A stretch of 64,000 nt of DNA, taken from Podarcis cretensis. Taxonomy: Eukaryota. Below, in pieces: positions 37,358-50,159 of the stretch. The notes beneath the pieces were generated by a model. The model was not told where the DNA came from. It did not search any database and was given only the letters and a program-made list of their open reading frames with translations. A program made the translations under genes and the position numbers. The stretch is from NCBI GenBank assembly GCA_951804945.1, contig OX638149.1, forward strand, positions 117,056,001 through 117,120,000. The letters run 5' to 3'. Numbering within the stretch: the stretch's first letter is position 1; each line of letters opens with the position of its first letter.

Positions 37358-37636
37358 AACCCCCACAATTTGTGAAGAGGATTGAGAACATTAGCTCACT
37401 TAGAGGAGGCACAATAGTGTTTCAAGCAACTATTAAAGGTTCCATGCCTATAACAGTCTCTTGGCTGAAAGATAATGATGACATTGTTGAAGACGATAAC
37501 ACCAAAATGACCTTTGTGAACAATGTGGCCACTCTTATGATCAGGGCCATAGAAGTGAAGCACGATGGGAAATATTTTTGCCAGGCTAAAAATGATGCTG
37601 GAATCCAAAGATGTTCTGCTTTACTAACAGTAAAAG
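37358..37636 (+). CDS. TTN: TTN Ig exon 60 (279 nt)
   Basis: EPPQFVKRIENISSLRG; AG/GT flanks. Confidence 0.93.
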
Positions 37637-37740
37637 GTTTGTAGAGCTTACTCCCACCTCCTTAATTTATAGCATCGCGTTTTGCTAACATCTACACTTC
37701 AAGTCACCCAGACTCATATTTGCTCCTGTATTTATCACAG

Positions 37741-38019
37741 AGGCAGCCACCATCACTGATAAAGCTGTTTCAATTGATGTCACGGAAGGCGACCCAGCCA
37801 CATTGCAGTGTAGATTTTCAGGAACAAAAGATATTACTGCCAAGTGGTTCAGAGATGGAAAGGAGTTGACATTGGGACACAAATATAAAATCAGTGTTAC
37901 CGATACAGTCTCTATGCTAAAGATTGTTTCTACAGAAAAGAAAGATAGCGGCGAATACACATTTGAGGTTTCAAATGATGTCGGAAGCAGTAGCTGTAAA
38001 GCTAGCATTAATGTCTTAG
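37741..38019 (+). CDS. TTN: TTN Ig exon 61 (279 nt)
   Basis: EAATITDKAVSIDVTEG; AG/GT flanks. Confidence 0.93.
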
Positions 38020-38159
38020 GTTTGTATTGTGTATCCCTCTTCTCTTGGGGCTGGGTTGGTTGGTGGGTGCTGGCCGCAACTGCAATTCTTATTTTCTTTT
38101 TCTGCCAAAGAAAAGCAAAGTGGCTTCTAATACATATCTTTTTGGTTTGTCTTGGGTAG

Positions 38160-38447
38160 ATCTGATCATACCGCCTAAATTCACCAAAAAGCTAAAGAAA
38201 ATGGATAGCATTAAGGGCTCTTTTGTTCACCTTGAGTGTATAGTGTCTGGTTCACACCCAATAAGTATCCAGTGGTACAAGGATGGCCAAGAGATAACTG
38301 CTAGCGAAAAGCACAAGTATTCTTTCCATGATAACATGGCATTCTTGGAGATCAACCAGCTTGAAGGTGCGGATAGTGGATCTTATACCTGCGAGGCAAC
38401 AAATAAAGCTGGAAGCAACCAGTGCAGTGCCCATTTAACCGTCAAAG
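38160..38447 (+). CDS. TTN: TTN Ig exon 62 (288 nt)
   Basis: DLIIPPKFTKKLKKMDS; AG/GT flanks. Confidence 0.93.
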
Positions 38448-38579
38448 GTTTGGACAGCTTGTACTTTTTCTCCTAGGCGGCAGGCTTATTTGCCACGTCG
38501 CTTTGATTCTGGTTTTTGTTTATCGTTCCAAAATGAATGACCTCCCTCTTTTCCTGGTCTTTCTCCCCACTCTTTGTAG

Positions 38580-38858
38580 AACCCCCATGCTTTGTTGAAA
38601 AGCCACAGTCACAAGATGTGGTACCAGCTGCCAGAGTCCAACTCAAAGCTCTCGTGAGCGGCACGCCTCCCATACAAATAAAGTGGTTCAAAGATAGCAA
38701 AGAACTCCTTTCGGGAGCTTCTCGCTCAGTTTACAAAGATGACACTTCAAGCGTGCTGGAACTCTTTTCAGCCAAGACATCTGATTCAGGGAACTATATC
38801 TGCCAATTAAGCAATGACGTTGGGACAACAACCTGCAAGACAACTCTTTTTGTGAAAG
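38580..38858 (+). CDS. TTN: TTN Ig exon 63 (279 nt)
   Basis: EPPCFVEKPQSQDVVPA; AG/GT flanks. Confidence 0.93.
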
Positions 38859-39066
38859 GTCTGCACTTTTACATCCCGGGTTATCAGTTGCGATTTGCAC
38901 AGCTCAGTCCTATGCATGTCTACTTGACTGTAAGTCCCACTGTGTTAGATGGGGATTACAGTAAGTATGTGCATAGGATTGCAATCTACCTTAGTTTTTT
39001 TGGTTGGTTTGTGTTTTTTAAAGCCAATTACTATTTTCTAAATAATTATTTTTAATTTTATTTTAG

Positions 39067-39348
39067 AGCCCCCTAGGTTCCTTCAGAAGCCTAGCCCTGT
39101 AGTAGCTTTGAGAAAAGGACAGTCTACCACTTTTGAATGCCAGGTAGCGGGTACACCAGAAATCCGTGTCCTTTGGTACCTTGATGGGAACGAAGTGCTG
39201 GACCATGCTAAATATGGAGTCTCGTTTGTAGACAACATGGCGACTTTTAAAGTTTCCAACGCTAAAGTGGAGGATAGCGGGACCTACATTTGCGAGGCCC
39301 GCAATGACGCAGGTAGTGAGAGTTGCAGCACTGAACTGAGAGTGAAAG
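39067..39348 (+). CDS. TTN: TTN Ig exon 64 (282 nt)
   Basis: EPPRFLQKPSPVVALRKG; AG/GT flanks. Confidence 0.93.
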
Positions 39349-39446
39349 GTTAGTTGCTAAGAATGTCTTTTTGCAGCTCCTTCAGCCATGTGGTTGGGTT
39401 CCTCCCCTTATTTCTGAGGTTGCTTTGTTTTCTTCTACTACTTTAG

Positions 39447-39725
39447 AACCTCCCACATTTGTGAGGGAGCTAAAACCTGTGGAAGTAGTAAGAACCTACG
39501 ATGCTGTGTTAGAATGTGAAGTCACAGGGACTCCTCCGTTTGAAGTGACCTGGCTGAAGAACAACAACGAGATCCGAAGTAGCAAGAAATACACCATGAC
39601 TGATCAGCAATCTGTTTTTGCCCTTCATATCATGAACTGTGATGTTCAGGATGTTGGCGAATACCAGTGCATTATTTCAAATGAAGGGGGCAGCTGTTCC
39701 TGTAGCACGAAAGTCAGTCTGAAAG
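39447..39725 (+). CDS. TTN: TTN Ig exon 65 (279 nt)
   Basis: EPPTFVRELKPVEVVRT; AG/GT flanks. Confidence 0.93.
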
Positions 39726-39854
39726 GTCAGTTCAGTAATCATAGTAGGGGGAAAGCCTAAGAAACATTCCGTTTGTTCTCTCACCTCCTTTAGCAAATTT
39801 TAAACCTTACCCAGGTTTCATTCCGGGTTTTTTTTATATTTTTAATAAACACAG

Positions 39855-40133
39855 AACCCCCATCCTTCATCAAGAAGTTAGAAAACGTCCACGCTGTTTT
39901 GAAGAGCTCTGCTGTATTTCAATGCACTGTGGCTGGTTCTCAGCCTTTAACAGTGTCTTGGATAAAAGACGAAAGAATCATCGAAAACGATGACAGCTTC
40001 CACATTACATTTGAAAACAATGTGGCGAAATTGAAGATCAGGCATGTTGACCTCGGTCACAGTGGGAGATACACCTGTCAGGCAAAGAATGAGTCAGGAG
40101 TTGAGAAGTGTTTTGCTTTACTTTTAGTGCAAG
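39855..40133 (+). CDS. TTN: TTN Ig exon 66 (279 nt)
   Basis: EPPSFIKKLENVHAVLK; AG/GT flanks. Confidence 0.93.
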
Positions 40134-40238
40134 GTTTGTGAGTTTTGATTCCTATTTTGATTCCTCAGTAAGCACCAGTCTTCTGCCAGTTACTCATCGG
40201 AAGACTTCAATATATTTTTGTTTTTATTCTTACTCCAG

Positions 40239-40517
40239 AACCTGCTCAGATCATAGAAAAAGCTAAATCAATTAAAGTTACAGAGAAAGACCCAGTCACT
40301 CTAGAATGCACTGTGGCTGGAACACCAGAACTTCAAGTAAAATGGTCCAAAGATGGCAAACAACTCATGCCCAGTAGATATTACACCATGAGCTTTGACA
40401 ATAATGTGGCTAGGTTCAGGATTGAATCCATTATGAAAGAGGACAGCGGCACATACACCTTTAAGGTCGAAAATGAGTTTGGAAGCAACACCTGTGAGGC
40501 TACTTTGTCTGTACTAG
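40239..40517 (+). CDS. TTN: TTN Ig exon 67 (279 nt)
   Basis: EPAQIIEKAKSIKVTEK; AG/GT flanks. Confidence 0.93.
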
Positions 40518-40654
40518 GTTTGTATTTTGTTTGGTCAAAATGGAGCATGTTCTTTTTCAATCAACATTTTAATTGCCTGTGTATTGTTCATGAAGAAGAA
40601 AGACTAGAGCAAGGAATCTGATGCTACTTGCCTTCTTCCCTTCCTTCTGGGCAG

Positions 40655-40942
40655 ATCAAGCAATCCCTCCTTCGTTTACCAAAAAATTGCCAAAAATGGA
40701 TAAAATTCTGGGATCATCTATTCATATGGAGTGCAAAGTCTCTGGCTCACTCCCAATTACTGCAAAATGGTTTAAAGATGGAAAAGAGATACCCGAGAGT
40801 GCAAAATACAGGCATCTATGCCATGAGAACACTGTATCGCTCGAGGTTAATTACCTAGAGTTGACAGATTCTGGAAATTATACTTGCAGCGTAACAAATG
40901 TTGCAGGAAGTGACTCATGTAGCGCCGTCTTAACTGTGAAAG
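40655..40942 (+). CDS. TTN: TTN Ig exon 68 (288 nt)
   Basis: DQAIPPSFTKKLPKMDK; AG/GT flanks. Confidence 0.93.
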
Positions 40943-41182
40943 GTTTGGATTTATATCTTCTTTCTATACACTGTATAAAAATATAAATCTTTTTCAACTT
41001 CACATCATTATCTTAAGATCTTTGAATGTAGATCCCATTTAATGTTATCTATATAGAACCTTTCTTTTCTTATTAACTTTGACACATATTTTATTTCTCT
41101 TTATTGGTTTGCTGTGGCTTGCCAGGCCATATTTCTTGCGCCGGAACCTAATTAGTTTTTTTTTGTTTCTTAAAACCTTTAG

Positions 41183-41461
41183 AGCCACCAAGCTTCTTGG
41201 TAAAACCAGAAAGTCAATCAGCTATACCTGATTCAACAGTGGAATTTAAGGCATCTTTAAAGGGAACACCGCCTTTTAAAATAAAGTGGTTTAAAGAAGA
41301 TTTAGAACTTGTGTCTGGACCTAACTGTTTATTTGGGATTGAAGGGTCAGCTGGTTTCTTAAATCTTTATTCTGTGGATGTATCAAAAAGTGGAAACTAT
41401 ACTTGCCAAGTTTCCAACGATGTTGGCAGCGATTCTTGTACAACCACACTGAGCATAACAG
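41183..41461 (+). CDS. TTN: TTN Ig exon 69 (279 nt)
   Basis: EPPSFLVKPESQSAIPD; AG/GT flanks. Confidence 0.93.
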
Positions 41462-41671
41462 GTGTGCTAATGTGTTCTGTGTTGCTCTTTTCTTAATTGT
41501 CTTCTGCAGTCTTTTGTGTAAATGTTTCTGAGTTACTTTTCTTCCTGCATTGCTAAAACTAGAAGTTAAGCGCCCCTTTAGATGTCTCTCCCCTCTTATT
41601 CTATATACCTTTCAACACAATCCCTCTTTTCTTCCGATTTACCTTGCTTTCACTTTTCTTCCATTTCCCAG

Positions 41672-41953
41672 AACCTCCAAAGTTCATTAAGAAGCTAGAC
41701 CCGTCTAAAGTTATTAAACAGGGCGACTCCACACGACTTGAATGTAAAATCAGTGGCTCTCCAGAAATCAAAGTGGTATGGTACAGAAATGACACTGAAG
41801 TCCATGCCAGTGAAAAATTCCAGATGTCATTCACAGATTCTGTGGCAGTCATTGAAATGAGGCATCTTGGTGCAGACGATAGTGGAGATTACATATGTGA
41901 AGCACAGAACCCTGCTGGCAGGGCAAGCTGCAGTACTAAACTCCTAGTCAAAG
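41672..41953 (+). CDS. TTN: TTN Ig exon 70 (282 nt)
   Basis: EPPKFIKKLDPSKVIKQG; AG/GT flanks. Confidence 0.93.
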
Positions 41954-43101
41954 GTTAGAAAACATGCCTTGGCAGAACTCCTTCTCTTTGACTAACTATC
42001 TCTAAAAAGATTGAGATTAGCTCATTCTGATTCTTGTATGGCTAAGCTAACTGTTAGATTGCTATAACTGCCCATTGTGGACAGGGTCCTATTTCTCATC
42101 TAATTAGTCTCCAGGTTCATTTTAAACAAGTATTCTCTAACCTGTGGCTTTCACTCTTTCCCTCAAGAATGTTCAAAGGGATGTGGTGTATTTACTATTA
42201 TTTATTTAGGTTATTTAATTATTGCAATATTTGTATGCCACTATTAAACCAAAAAACCAAAGTGGTCTACAACAACCGCATAGTAAAAACTACATTTAAA
42301 AAAACAAACAACAACAACAACCCAGAGATCAATTAGCTATTACAGAAAGATGTTTTCTTAATTACCTGCATAAGCTTGGTGGCAATTATAACCCACTCTT
42401 CATTAACATCAATGAGTGGGGTACTTAAATCAAGGCTGCAACCATCAGTCAATCAAATTTGCATCACAACACTGAGAGGGTGACAAAACATCTCCTCCAG
42501 TCAACTAATCAAATGCTTGAGTAGATGTCAGGGTTGGTGTCCACTGAATCTGCAAGAGTGACCATCACAGCTCTCTACCTGTTACAGAAAGGATAAGTAA
42601 TCAGTCAGTAGGACTATATTCCATGTGAAAGGAGGAGAAAATGGGTGTTAAATGCATTCCTGCACTCACTCTTTTGGCCCAGCATTCTAGGATGGTCATT
42701 GCTTTTATTACTGAAATGACCAATTACCCTATTCCGGGTGGGCAACAGTTGCGGCCTCTTGCGGGCTGGCTGCCAGCCATTCCCAAGTGCTGGGACTCAT
42801 GTGCACATTAAAGATCATCCGGCTGGCCACACTGCAGGGTGAGATTGCCTGCCAAATACACTAAACTGCCCAATCATGGGCATCTTAGTGGGTAGAGCTT
42901 TGCTGGCGGACTGGGACATGCATGCTTCCACCCTAGTCCGTTGGCTACCCTTAAAAACCAGCTGTGAAAAGAAAAGGTGCTGCTTCTGCTGCATGCATGC
43001 CTTAGCACTGGCAATTCTCACATTATATTCACATTAAACTAGCAACATATATATTGAGCTAACTTTCTTAAAATGACGCCTGATTCTTCCTTTCATCCTA
43101 G

Positions 43102-43380
43102 AACCGCCCATCTTTAGCAGGAAGCCGTCTCCAGTAGATACACTCAAGGGTACTGAGGTTAGCCTTGAATGTGAGATTTCTGGGACGCCACCTTTTGATA
43201 TTACGTGGTATAAGGATAAGAGGCAAATCCGTAGCAGTAAAAAGTACAAAGTCGCATCCAAAAACTACCATGCAAGTGTTCACATTCTGAATATTGAAGT
43301 ATCTGACATTGGTGAATACCAGTGCAAAGCTCAGAACGATGTCGGAAGCGACACTTGCGTTTGTATGGTAAAACTTAAAG
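43102..43380 (+). CDS. TTN: TTN Ig exon 71 (279 nt)
   Basis: EPPIFSRKPSPVDTLKGTEVSLECEISG; not in + ORF track; AG/GT flanks. Confidence 0.93.
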
Positions 43381-43484
43381 GTAGGTATTATTTGAAGAAA
43401 TACAGTGTGCAATCATCATTGTCTTTATAAAAATGCACAATTCTTGTTGGAACTCTTGATGCCCACTGGCTCTTTCCTCTTCAG

Positions 43485-43766
43485 AACCACCAAAATTCGT
43501 GACCAAAATTAACAACCTTACTGTTGTGGTGGGTGAACCAGTAGAGTTGCAGGCCACCTTGGAAGGCTCTCAGCCGATTTCGGTGACGTGGCTCAAGGAC
43601 AAAGAAGAGGTCATCAGAGAAAGTGCTAACAGGACAATAACATACGTGGAAAATGTTGCCACTTTGCAGCTTGCCAAAGCAGAACCAGCAAGTGCTGGGA
43701 AGTATATCTGTCAAATCAGTAATGATGCTGGAACCCGGGAGTGCATAGCTACTTTAACCGTTCTAG
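43485..43766 (+). CDS. TTN: TTN Ig exon 72 (282 nt)
   Basis: EPPKFVTKINNLTVVVG; AG/GT flanks. Confidence 0.93.
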
Positions 43767-44210
43767 GTTGGTAATGACACAAACTTGGCTTTTTATTTTC
43801 TTTAAAAAGAGAGAGAGAGTTAGTTTTAAAAGTTGGGAAGGCAAAATAACATTCAGAGCCTTGAGGTTGAGGGGGGGGCATGTCATCAGTGCACATGGTG
43901 CATTACAGAGTATTGGAGAACAGGTTCTGAAGCAAAATGTTCAGGTAACCCACTGGTGGCTTCATACTGCTCTGCTCCTATTGGTTGGGCAGTCAGCTCC
44001 TCTTCTCTGGAAGACAAATAAGTGGCATGGTGGTGTTTACTCTGTTTCTCAATTCTAGAAAAGAAAAGCCATTAATAGCTTTGTAGTGGCTCCTTTCCAA
44101 AGCAGAAAACTGTGGCTTTAGAGAAGTGATTTCTCTAATTGCAGTATTAAGCCATGTGGCTAAGGAGACAGTGATATTCACACGTAGATATTGCTTGAAT
44201 CTCTTTCCAG

Positions 44211-44489
44211 AGCCAGCTGTCATCACCGAGAAGGCAGAACCAATGAAAGTCACCGTCGGAGACATTTGTACCCTAGAGTGCAAAGTGGGTGGAACACCAG
44301 AACTTTCAATAGGCTGGTTTAAGGATGGAAAAGAATTAACAACTAGCAACAAATACAAAATTACCTTCTACAACAAAGTGTCCACACTTAAAATTCTTGA
44401 TTCAGAAATGGAAGACAGTGGCTTATACACTTTCGAGGTGCAGAACAATGTTGGCAAAAGCAGCTGCACAGCTTCCGTCGATGTTCTGG
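44211..44489 (+). CDS. TTN: TTN Ig exon 73 (279 nt)
   Basis: EPAVITEKAEPMKVTVG; AG/GT flanks. Confidence 0.93.
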
Positions 44490-44584
44490 GTCAGTTCTGT
44501 TGTTTCTCTTCATTGTATTTCCACCAGGAAATGGTTCTCCTTTGTGGGGTCCTCATTTTCTTTTGTTTACCTCCTCTTACACAG

Positions 44585-44872
44585 ATCGGATTATTCCACC
44601 TTCTTTCACAAGAAAACTTAAAGAAACTCATGGTGTACTGGCTTCTTCAGTGATTCTTGAGTGCAAAGTGGCTGGATCCCTTCCCATTACAGTCGCTTGG
44701 TTCCATAATGGACATAAACTCACCAGTGGGGAAAAACATCAAATCTCATTTTCAGACCATGTTTGCAGTTTGCACATTGGTTCACTGAACTCATCTGATA
44801 CAGGAACTTATGCATGTAAAGCTGCTAATGTGGCAGGCTCTGATGAAACCAAGGCTGCTTTGATTGTACAAG
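44585..44872 (+). CDS. TTN: TTN Ig exon 74 (288 nt)
   Basis: [17 protein letters not shown]; AG/GT flanks. Confidence 0.93.
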
Positions 44873-45034
44873 GTCAGTATTCAATAAGTGGCTAACACTT
44901 TGCAGAAATCTTCCATAATCTTTATTCTTGCAAAATTGCATTCTCTTGGTGCTGTGATTTGAGGAAAGTTTTATTTTAACTTTATGATTCATTCATTATC
45001 GACTGATCTGTTGTTACTTTCAATCCTTCTTTAG

Positions 45035-45313
45035 AACCACCCTCTTTTGAGAAGGTACCTGAATCTGTGGATATTTTACCAGGCAAAAGTGTTACATTTT
45101 CTGCTGTTATTAGAGGAACACCACCATTTAAGGTGAGGTGGTTTAGAGGCGTCAATGAACTCGTACCAAGTGATAAATGTAACATCTACTTGGAAGATTC
45201 GGTCACAGACCTGGAGCTGTTTGATGTAGAGCCACAACAGAGTGGAGAGTATACTTGTGTTGTGACTAATGAGGCTGGCAAAGTGTCTTGTACGGCACAT
45301 CTTTCTGTAAAAG
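45035..45313 (+). CDS. TTN: TTN Ig exon 75 (279 nt)
   Basis: EPPSFEKVPESVDILPG; AG/GT flanks. Confidence 0.93.
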
Positions 45314-45401
45314 GTTGGTACAGGTTGCACTTTTTCGCTTTGGAATGTTTAGGTGTTTGTGCAGCGTTGATGCCAATACTTGACTTCTTATTGCTCACTA
45401 G

Positions 45402-45680
45402 AACCAGCCGTTTTTGTGAAGAAGCTCAGCGACCATTGTGTGGAGCCAGGCAAATCCATAATTCTAGAGAGCAGGTACACTGGTAGCCTTCCGATTTCAG
45501 TGACATGGAAGAAGAACGGCGTAACTTTAGGCCAGTCTGAAAAGTGCAGCATCACCACAACAGAGAAGTCATGCATTCTGGAAATTCTTAACAGTACAAA
45601 GGATGATCAAGGAGAATACACATGTATGGTTGAGAATGAGGCTGGAGAAGATATCTGTGAAGCACTGGTATCCACTTTAG
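45402..45680 (+). CDS. TTN: TTN Ig exon 76 (279 nt)
   Basis: EPAVFVKKLSDHCVEPG; AG/GT flanks. Confidence 0.93.
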
Positions 45681-45791
45681 GTCTGTCTTTAGCACCTTCT
45701 TAATAATATTTTTTTTATTTAAAAACCTCATTGTTTCTTCATTGTGGCGTTCAGGTGCCATTATCCTAATGCTGACTCTTTGTGTCCCCAG

Positions 45792-46070
45792 AACCTCCTT
45801 CCTTCGTCACTCACTTGGGACCTCTTGAGGTGTCAGTTGGAGACTATACCACTTTGCAATGCCAAGTTACTGGGACCCCAGAAATTACAATATCTTGGTT
45901 CAAAGGAGATACAAAATTAAGATCTACTCCTGAGTATAAGATGTACTTCAAAGATAATGTTGCTACACTTATTTTTAACAAAGTGGATGCCAGTGACAGT
46001 GGGGAATATATTTGCAAAGCAGAAAACAGTGTCGGAACGGCCTCTTCAAAGGCTGTCTTAGCAGTTCAAG
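45792..46070 (+). CDS. TTN: TTN Ig exon 77 (279 nt)
   Basis: [17 protein letters not shown]; AG/GT flanks. Confidence 0.93.
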
Positions 46071-46196
46071 GTGATTATTTTATCTGGGATTGGTTAAAAA
46101 CTCATACTTACAGATCTTTCACTCTTTAAAAAACGTTTTCACCTGTCCTGATGCCTGCATAAGCCGTATGTTCATTGCATGCTTCTTTTCTTGCAG

Positions 46197-46484
46197 AGCG
46201 AAAACGTCCACCTTCTTTTGCAAGGAAATTAAAGGATACAGAGCAAACCGTTGGCTTCCCAATCAAATTAGTTTGCCGTCTAAATGGGTCAGAGCCAATT
46301 AGTGTTACATGGTATAAGGATGGTGTGCCTTTAAGAGATGACTTTAATGTGCAGGCCTCTTACATAGATAACGTGGCAACTCTTCAGCTGTTGCAAACTG
46401 AGATGAGTCACACTGGGCAATATTCTTGCACAGCAACCAATCCTGTAGGGACTGCTACTTCTAGCGCTAGGCTCACAGTCTCAG
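46197..46484 (+). CDS. TTN: TTN Ig exon 78 (288 nt)
   Basis: [17 protein letters not shown]; AG/GT flanks. Confidence 0.93.
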
Positions 46485-46616
46485 GTTAGTTTCATACTCT
46501 CTTGTTTTCATCTGTTACGTTCAACCACTTTTCCTAACCTCTAAAAACATTTTACAGTATTTAGCTTTAGCGCGTCTGAAAGAAATCCAATCGTTCCTCT
46601 TCATTTTATTCCCCAG

Positions 46617-46904
46617 AACGCAAACAAGCTCCCTCCTTTGATATCACACCCGAGTCCAAAGATCTTCCTGTTGGAGAAAGTGCTGACTTTGAGTGTCATG
46701 TTACTGGAGCCCAACCTATACATGTAACGTGGGCTAAAGATGGCCGCGAGATCCGTACAGGAGGAAACTATGCCATTACCTTTGTAGCAAATACAGCCCA
46801 TTTGAGAATTCTGAGAGTAGGCAAAGGAGACAGCGGACAGTATACTTGCCAAGCTAGCAATGATGTTGGGAAAGACTTTTGCTCGGCTCAACTTAATGTG
46901 AAAG
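46617..46904 (+). CDS. TTN: TTN Ig exon 79 (288 nt)
   Basis: ERKQAPSFDITPESKDLPVGESADFECHVTG; open, not in + ORF track; AG/GT flanks. Confidence 0.93.
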
Positions 46905-48016
46905 GTATTTGAATTTAAGTTGGCTGATCTTTTGTGCAGAAAAGGGATTTTCTTGGGATTTCTTTTCCACAGAATTCTTTGTTTCTAACTGTTAGAAGCT
47001 AAAAAGAAAAAGGCAGACCTCTTTCAAATTAACAAAAATTCATAGGAAACTATCTGTAAGTATTTAAGTTCCGAACTATTTTCTTCTCCTTACTGTGTCT
47101 TGAAACCCCAGTAGAGCAAAAGAATAATGTTTGCGCTCATAGAAATGTGATGGATTCTTATGACAAATTACACGCGCCGGTTGTGATTTACAGATGCCCA
47201 TGTTAAATATAGCTTTTATAGCATTCTTTGGTTTTTCTTTGCTGTTGTAAAAGTCGAGGTGGATTTGATTCATTTACAGTTTATGTATAATTTACATTCT
47301 AAAAAATAGTTGCATGGGAAAATATACATAGATAGCTTGATCCATTAGCAGGGATTTATCAAGAGTTTTGCACAGGAGTTTTGCACAGGAGTTTTGCACA
47401 AGATGTCGACAAGTTGAAAGGGGAGTGGGGAAATAGCAATTGGCCTCTGCACTCGTGCACCTGTCAGGGATGTCATCTTAGCATCCCACCCCCAGGCTGA
47501 AATTTTGAGAGGGCTTTGAGTGCCAGTCAACAAACAGATGAGATGGAAGCAGATGGAACGCTTGGGCACAGATAGGCTCCTTCCTCCCCTCCTCCAGATT
47601 ATTGTACCTGGGAGAGGCTTATCTCATAAGTATTGATTCTCAAAATATCCATCTGTTTTGGGGAGCACAGGTGCAGGAGAAGAGTTCTCCTATGTTGATT
47701 CTGGGTGCTAATTTCCCGCCAATCTCCCTTCTTTGTAGTGGACTGGCATTAAGGGAGGCATGAGGAAACAAAAGCTGTATTTTGCTGTGTTTGCTGTTCA
47801 GTGAATCAGTGCCATGGCTTATTTCAGCAGAAATGTCAGAATTTTTGCAGTTTTTTTTTTAAAAAAAAATAGAGGTTTCTCATACACTTACTAATTTTTG
47901 TTGTTATCCTCCTTGATAATACCATATTATGATTCCCACTGCAAATTTTTTTTGCGTGTTCTTAATAGTTCTTATTCCTCTCTATATTGAATATTACTTT
48001 CCTTCTGGCTTGTCAG

Positions 48017-48298
48017 AACCTCCTAAATTTGTGAAGAAACTGGAACCATCAAGAATGCTGAAACAGGGCGATTCATGTCAACTTGAATGCAAGATCAGTG
48101 GTTCCCCAGAAATCAGAGTTGTGTGGTACAAGAATGACCACGAAATCCATGCTAGCGACAAGCACCGTATGGCATTCAGTGACGGCACAGCAGTGCTGAT
48201 CATTGTTGATGCTACCCATGAAGACAGTGGAGATTACATTTGTGAAGCTCTTAATTCTGCTGGCACCGCAAGCTGCAGTACAACAGTCACAGTGAAAG
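48017..48298 (+). CDS. TTN: TTN Ig exon 80 (282 nt)
   Basis: EPPKFVKKLEPSRMLKQG; AG/GT flanks. Confidence 0.93.
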
Positions 48299-48381
48299 GT
48301 TAGATGCCAATGTCTACTCTGACTTCCTCCACTCTACCCAACCCTTAGGAGCACTGGAAGGTGTTTTGTTTTTTTCCCATA

Positions 48382-48554
48382 CGGAGTCAGACCATTGGTC
48401 CATCTACCTTAGTGTTATCTTCACTGACTGAGAGTGGCTCTCCAGGATTTCAGTCAGGACTCTCTCCCAGCCCTACCTGCAGATGCTGGGGAGTTGAACC
48501 TGAGGTCCTCTTCATTCAGAGCAGATGCTCTACCAGTGAGCTGCAGGCATCCCC
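48382..48554 (-). mobile_element. tRNA-derived SINE (squamate Squam3-like)
   Basis: Minus strand reads GGGGATGCCTGCAGCTCACTGGTAGAGCATCTGC...GGTTCAACTCCCCAGCATC (A/B-box-like head) followed by non-tRNA body. Confidence 0.7.
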
Positions 48555-48855
48555 CTACTTTACCCTTAAATGGTTGGATGATAATGCTATAATGCTGGGG
48601 ACGCATAGTCAAAAGTACTGACAAAGGACTGAGATGTTTGAAATCCAAAGACTCCTCGACTGTAGTGAAAATGGCAGTGCTGATCAGGAGGTCAGGCACA
48701 CTATGCAAATAGATATAGTAAAGCAGTCTTGAAAATGTTAAGAGCGGGAGAAGCAGTCTTAGAGGATTAGTGGCCCCTCTAGCCTTTACCTATCACTGGC
48801 CTGTGTCAGAAATTACAGAACTGTGAAGTAGCACAGGAAGGAAAAGAGTAAAATC

Positions 48856-48896
<41 letters not shown>

Positions 48897-48898
48897 AT
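48856..48898. repeat. (TAT)n microsatellite
   Basis: Direct reading. Confidence 0.95.
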
Positions 48899-49045
48899 CA
48901 GTGCTTTTTTCTGGGGAGATGCAGGGGTACACATACCCCTAAACATTTTGTAAATCTAAGTTTGGCCTCATTGAGGGGCAGTATTTCAATATGAGTAGGA
49001 AAATGAGAGTACCCCTAAGCATTTTTTTTAGGAAAAAAGGCACTT
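48899..49045. mobile_element. hAT-like MITE
   Basis: TIR CAGTGCTTTTTT / AAAAAAGGCACTT with near-perfect 8-bp flanks attattat / gttattat. Confidence 0.65.
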
Positions 49046-49054
49046 GTTATTATC

Positions 49055-49392
49055 AATATTCCCTGCCTGTTTCCTTGACTGGACTTAAGGTGGCTTACAG
49101 ATAAAAATAAGAACCACTACCAACACAGAAAAACAATCATTAAAAAATAATTAAACATTGGCAGAATTAAAGCTATATACATATCTAAACATCTGTTAAA
49201 CCCATACCAATAATTACCATAAAAACAACACAGCACCAGCCCTTTCACTAAAAGCCGTCAGTTCCCAAAATCCTGTTGGAACAAGAAAGTCTTCACCTGC
49301 TGGCTGAAAGACAAGAAGCAGGAAGCCAGCCTAGCTTCTCTAGGGAGGGAGTTCCAAAAAAAGTCTGGGAGCAGCCACCGAGAAGGCCCTCT
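49055..49392 (-). mobile_element. Degraded LINE (L2/CR1-like) 3' fragment
   Basis: aagaaagtcttcacctgctgg...gggagggagttcca...gcagccaccgagaaggccct resembles reptile L2 3' regions from memory; similar fragment near 57945-58145. Confidence 0.45.
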
Positions 49393-50159
49393 ATTCCCTG
49401 AAAATTCAGTTTACAGGCAGTGAAAGGTTTAAAGATAACCTATGCCTCAGTTAGGATATACTCCTTGAGCATCTGATTAATAGCTAGGAAGTTGACAAGA
49501 AGAGGCAACAGGTGAACGGATCAAAGAAGTGGGTGATAATGCAAGATATAAGGTTACAGGAGTAGGAGGACCAGTTTTCTCTTGTGTGTGCCAGCTACAC
49601 AATCTGCCAGGTGATCGTCTGTTACTTCCTAGCAACGCTCTATAGTTAGATAAGACATAAGATGTGAATTGCAGTTGCAGGGGACAGTGGGGAAAGAGTT
49701 ACAGGATTTCTTCTATTTAAAAATAAAATAAAATACAGTACTTATAGAGATAAGGAGGAGGACCATAAGAAAATAAACCTTTGGCCATGGAAGGTTTAGA
49801 GCATGTGTTTGAGGGTGTCAGTTTGAGAATAGCAGATGTGGGAGTGGAAAACGTTATGCGGAGGTACACACCCATGCTTATTAACTGCATTTATTTGGAA
49901 AACTCAGTGCCACATGCAACAGGAATTTGTGGGGGGGATGACAAAGTTTCCAAGCAAGACTTTGCAGCTTTAGAAATAGAAATGACCTAAAATTGACCTC
50001 CTATGCACTTGGGAGAACTAGAGAAAGAATCTTCTTAGGCACCTAAATGGGGATTTACAAGCATACCTTTTGCCTTCTGTTTCTGGATGTCTTGCCCCTG
50101 TTAGCAATAAACCCCTCCCAGGAGTCCCGTTACATGTCCTCGTCTCCTTTCTTTTATAG

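Larger units (their letters stand above)
32836..41461 (+). repeat. Three 6-Ig super-repeats (exons 52-57, 58-63, 64-69)
   Basis: Exon size pattern 282-279-279-279-288-279 repeated three times with position-specific peptides. Confidence 0.9.

Noticed and set aside
48470-48554. tRNA gene on the minus strand
   Set aside because: Degenerate head followed by SINE body; no intact cloverleaf
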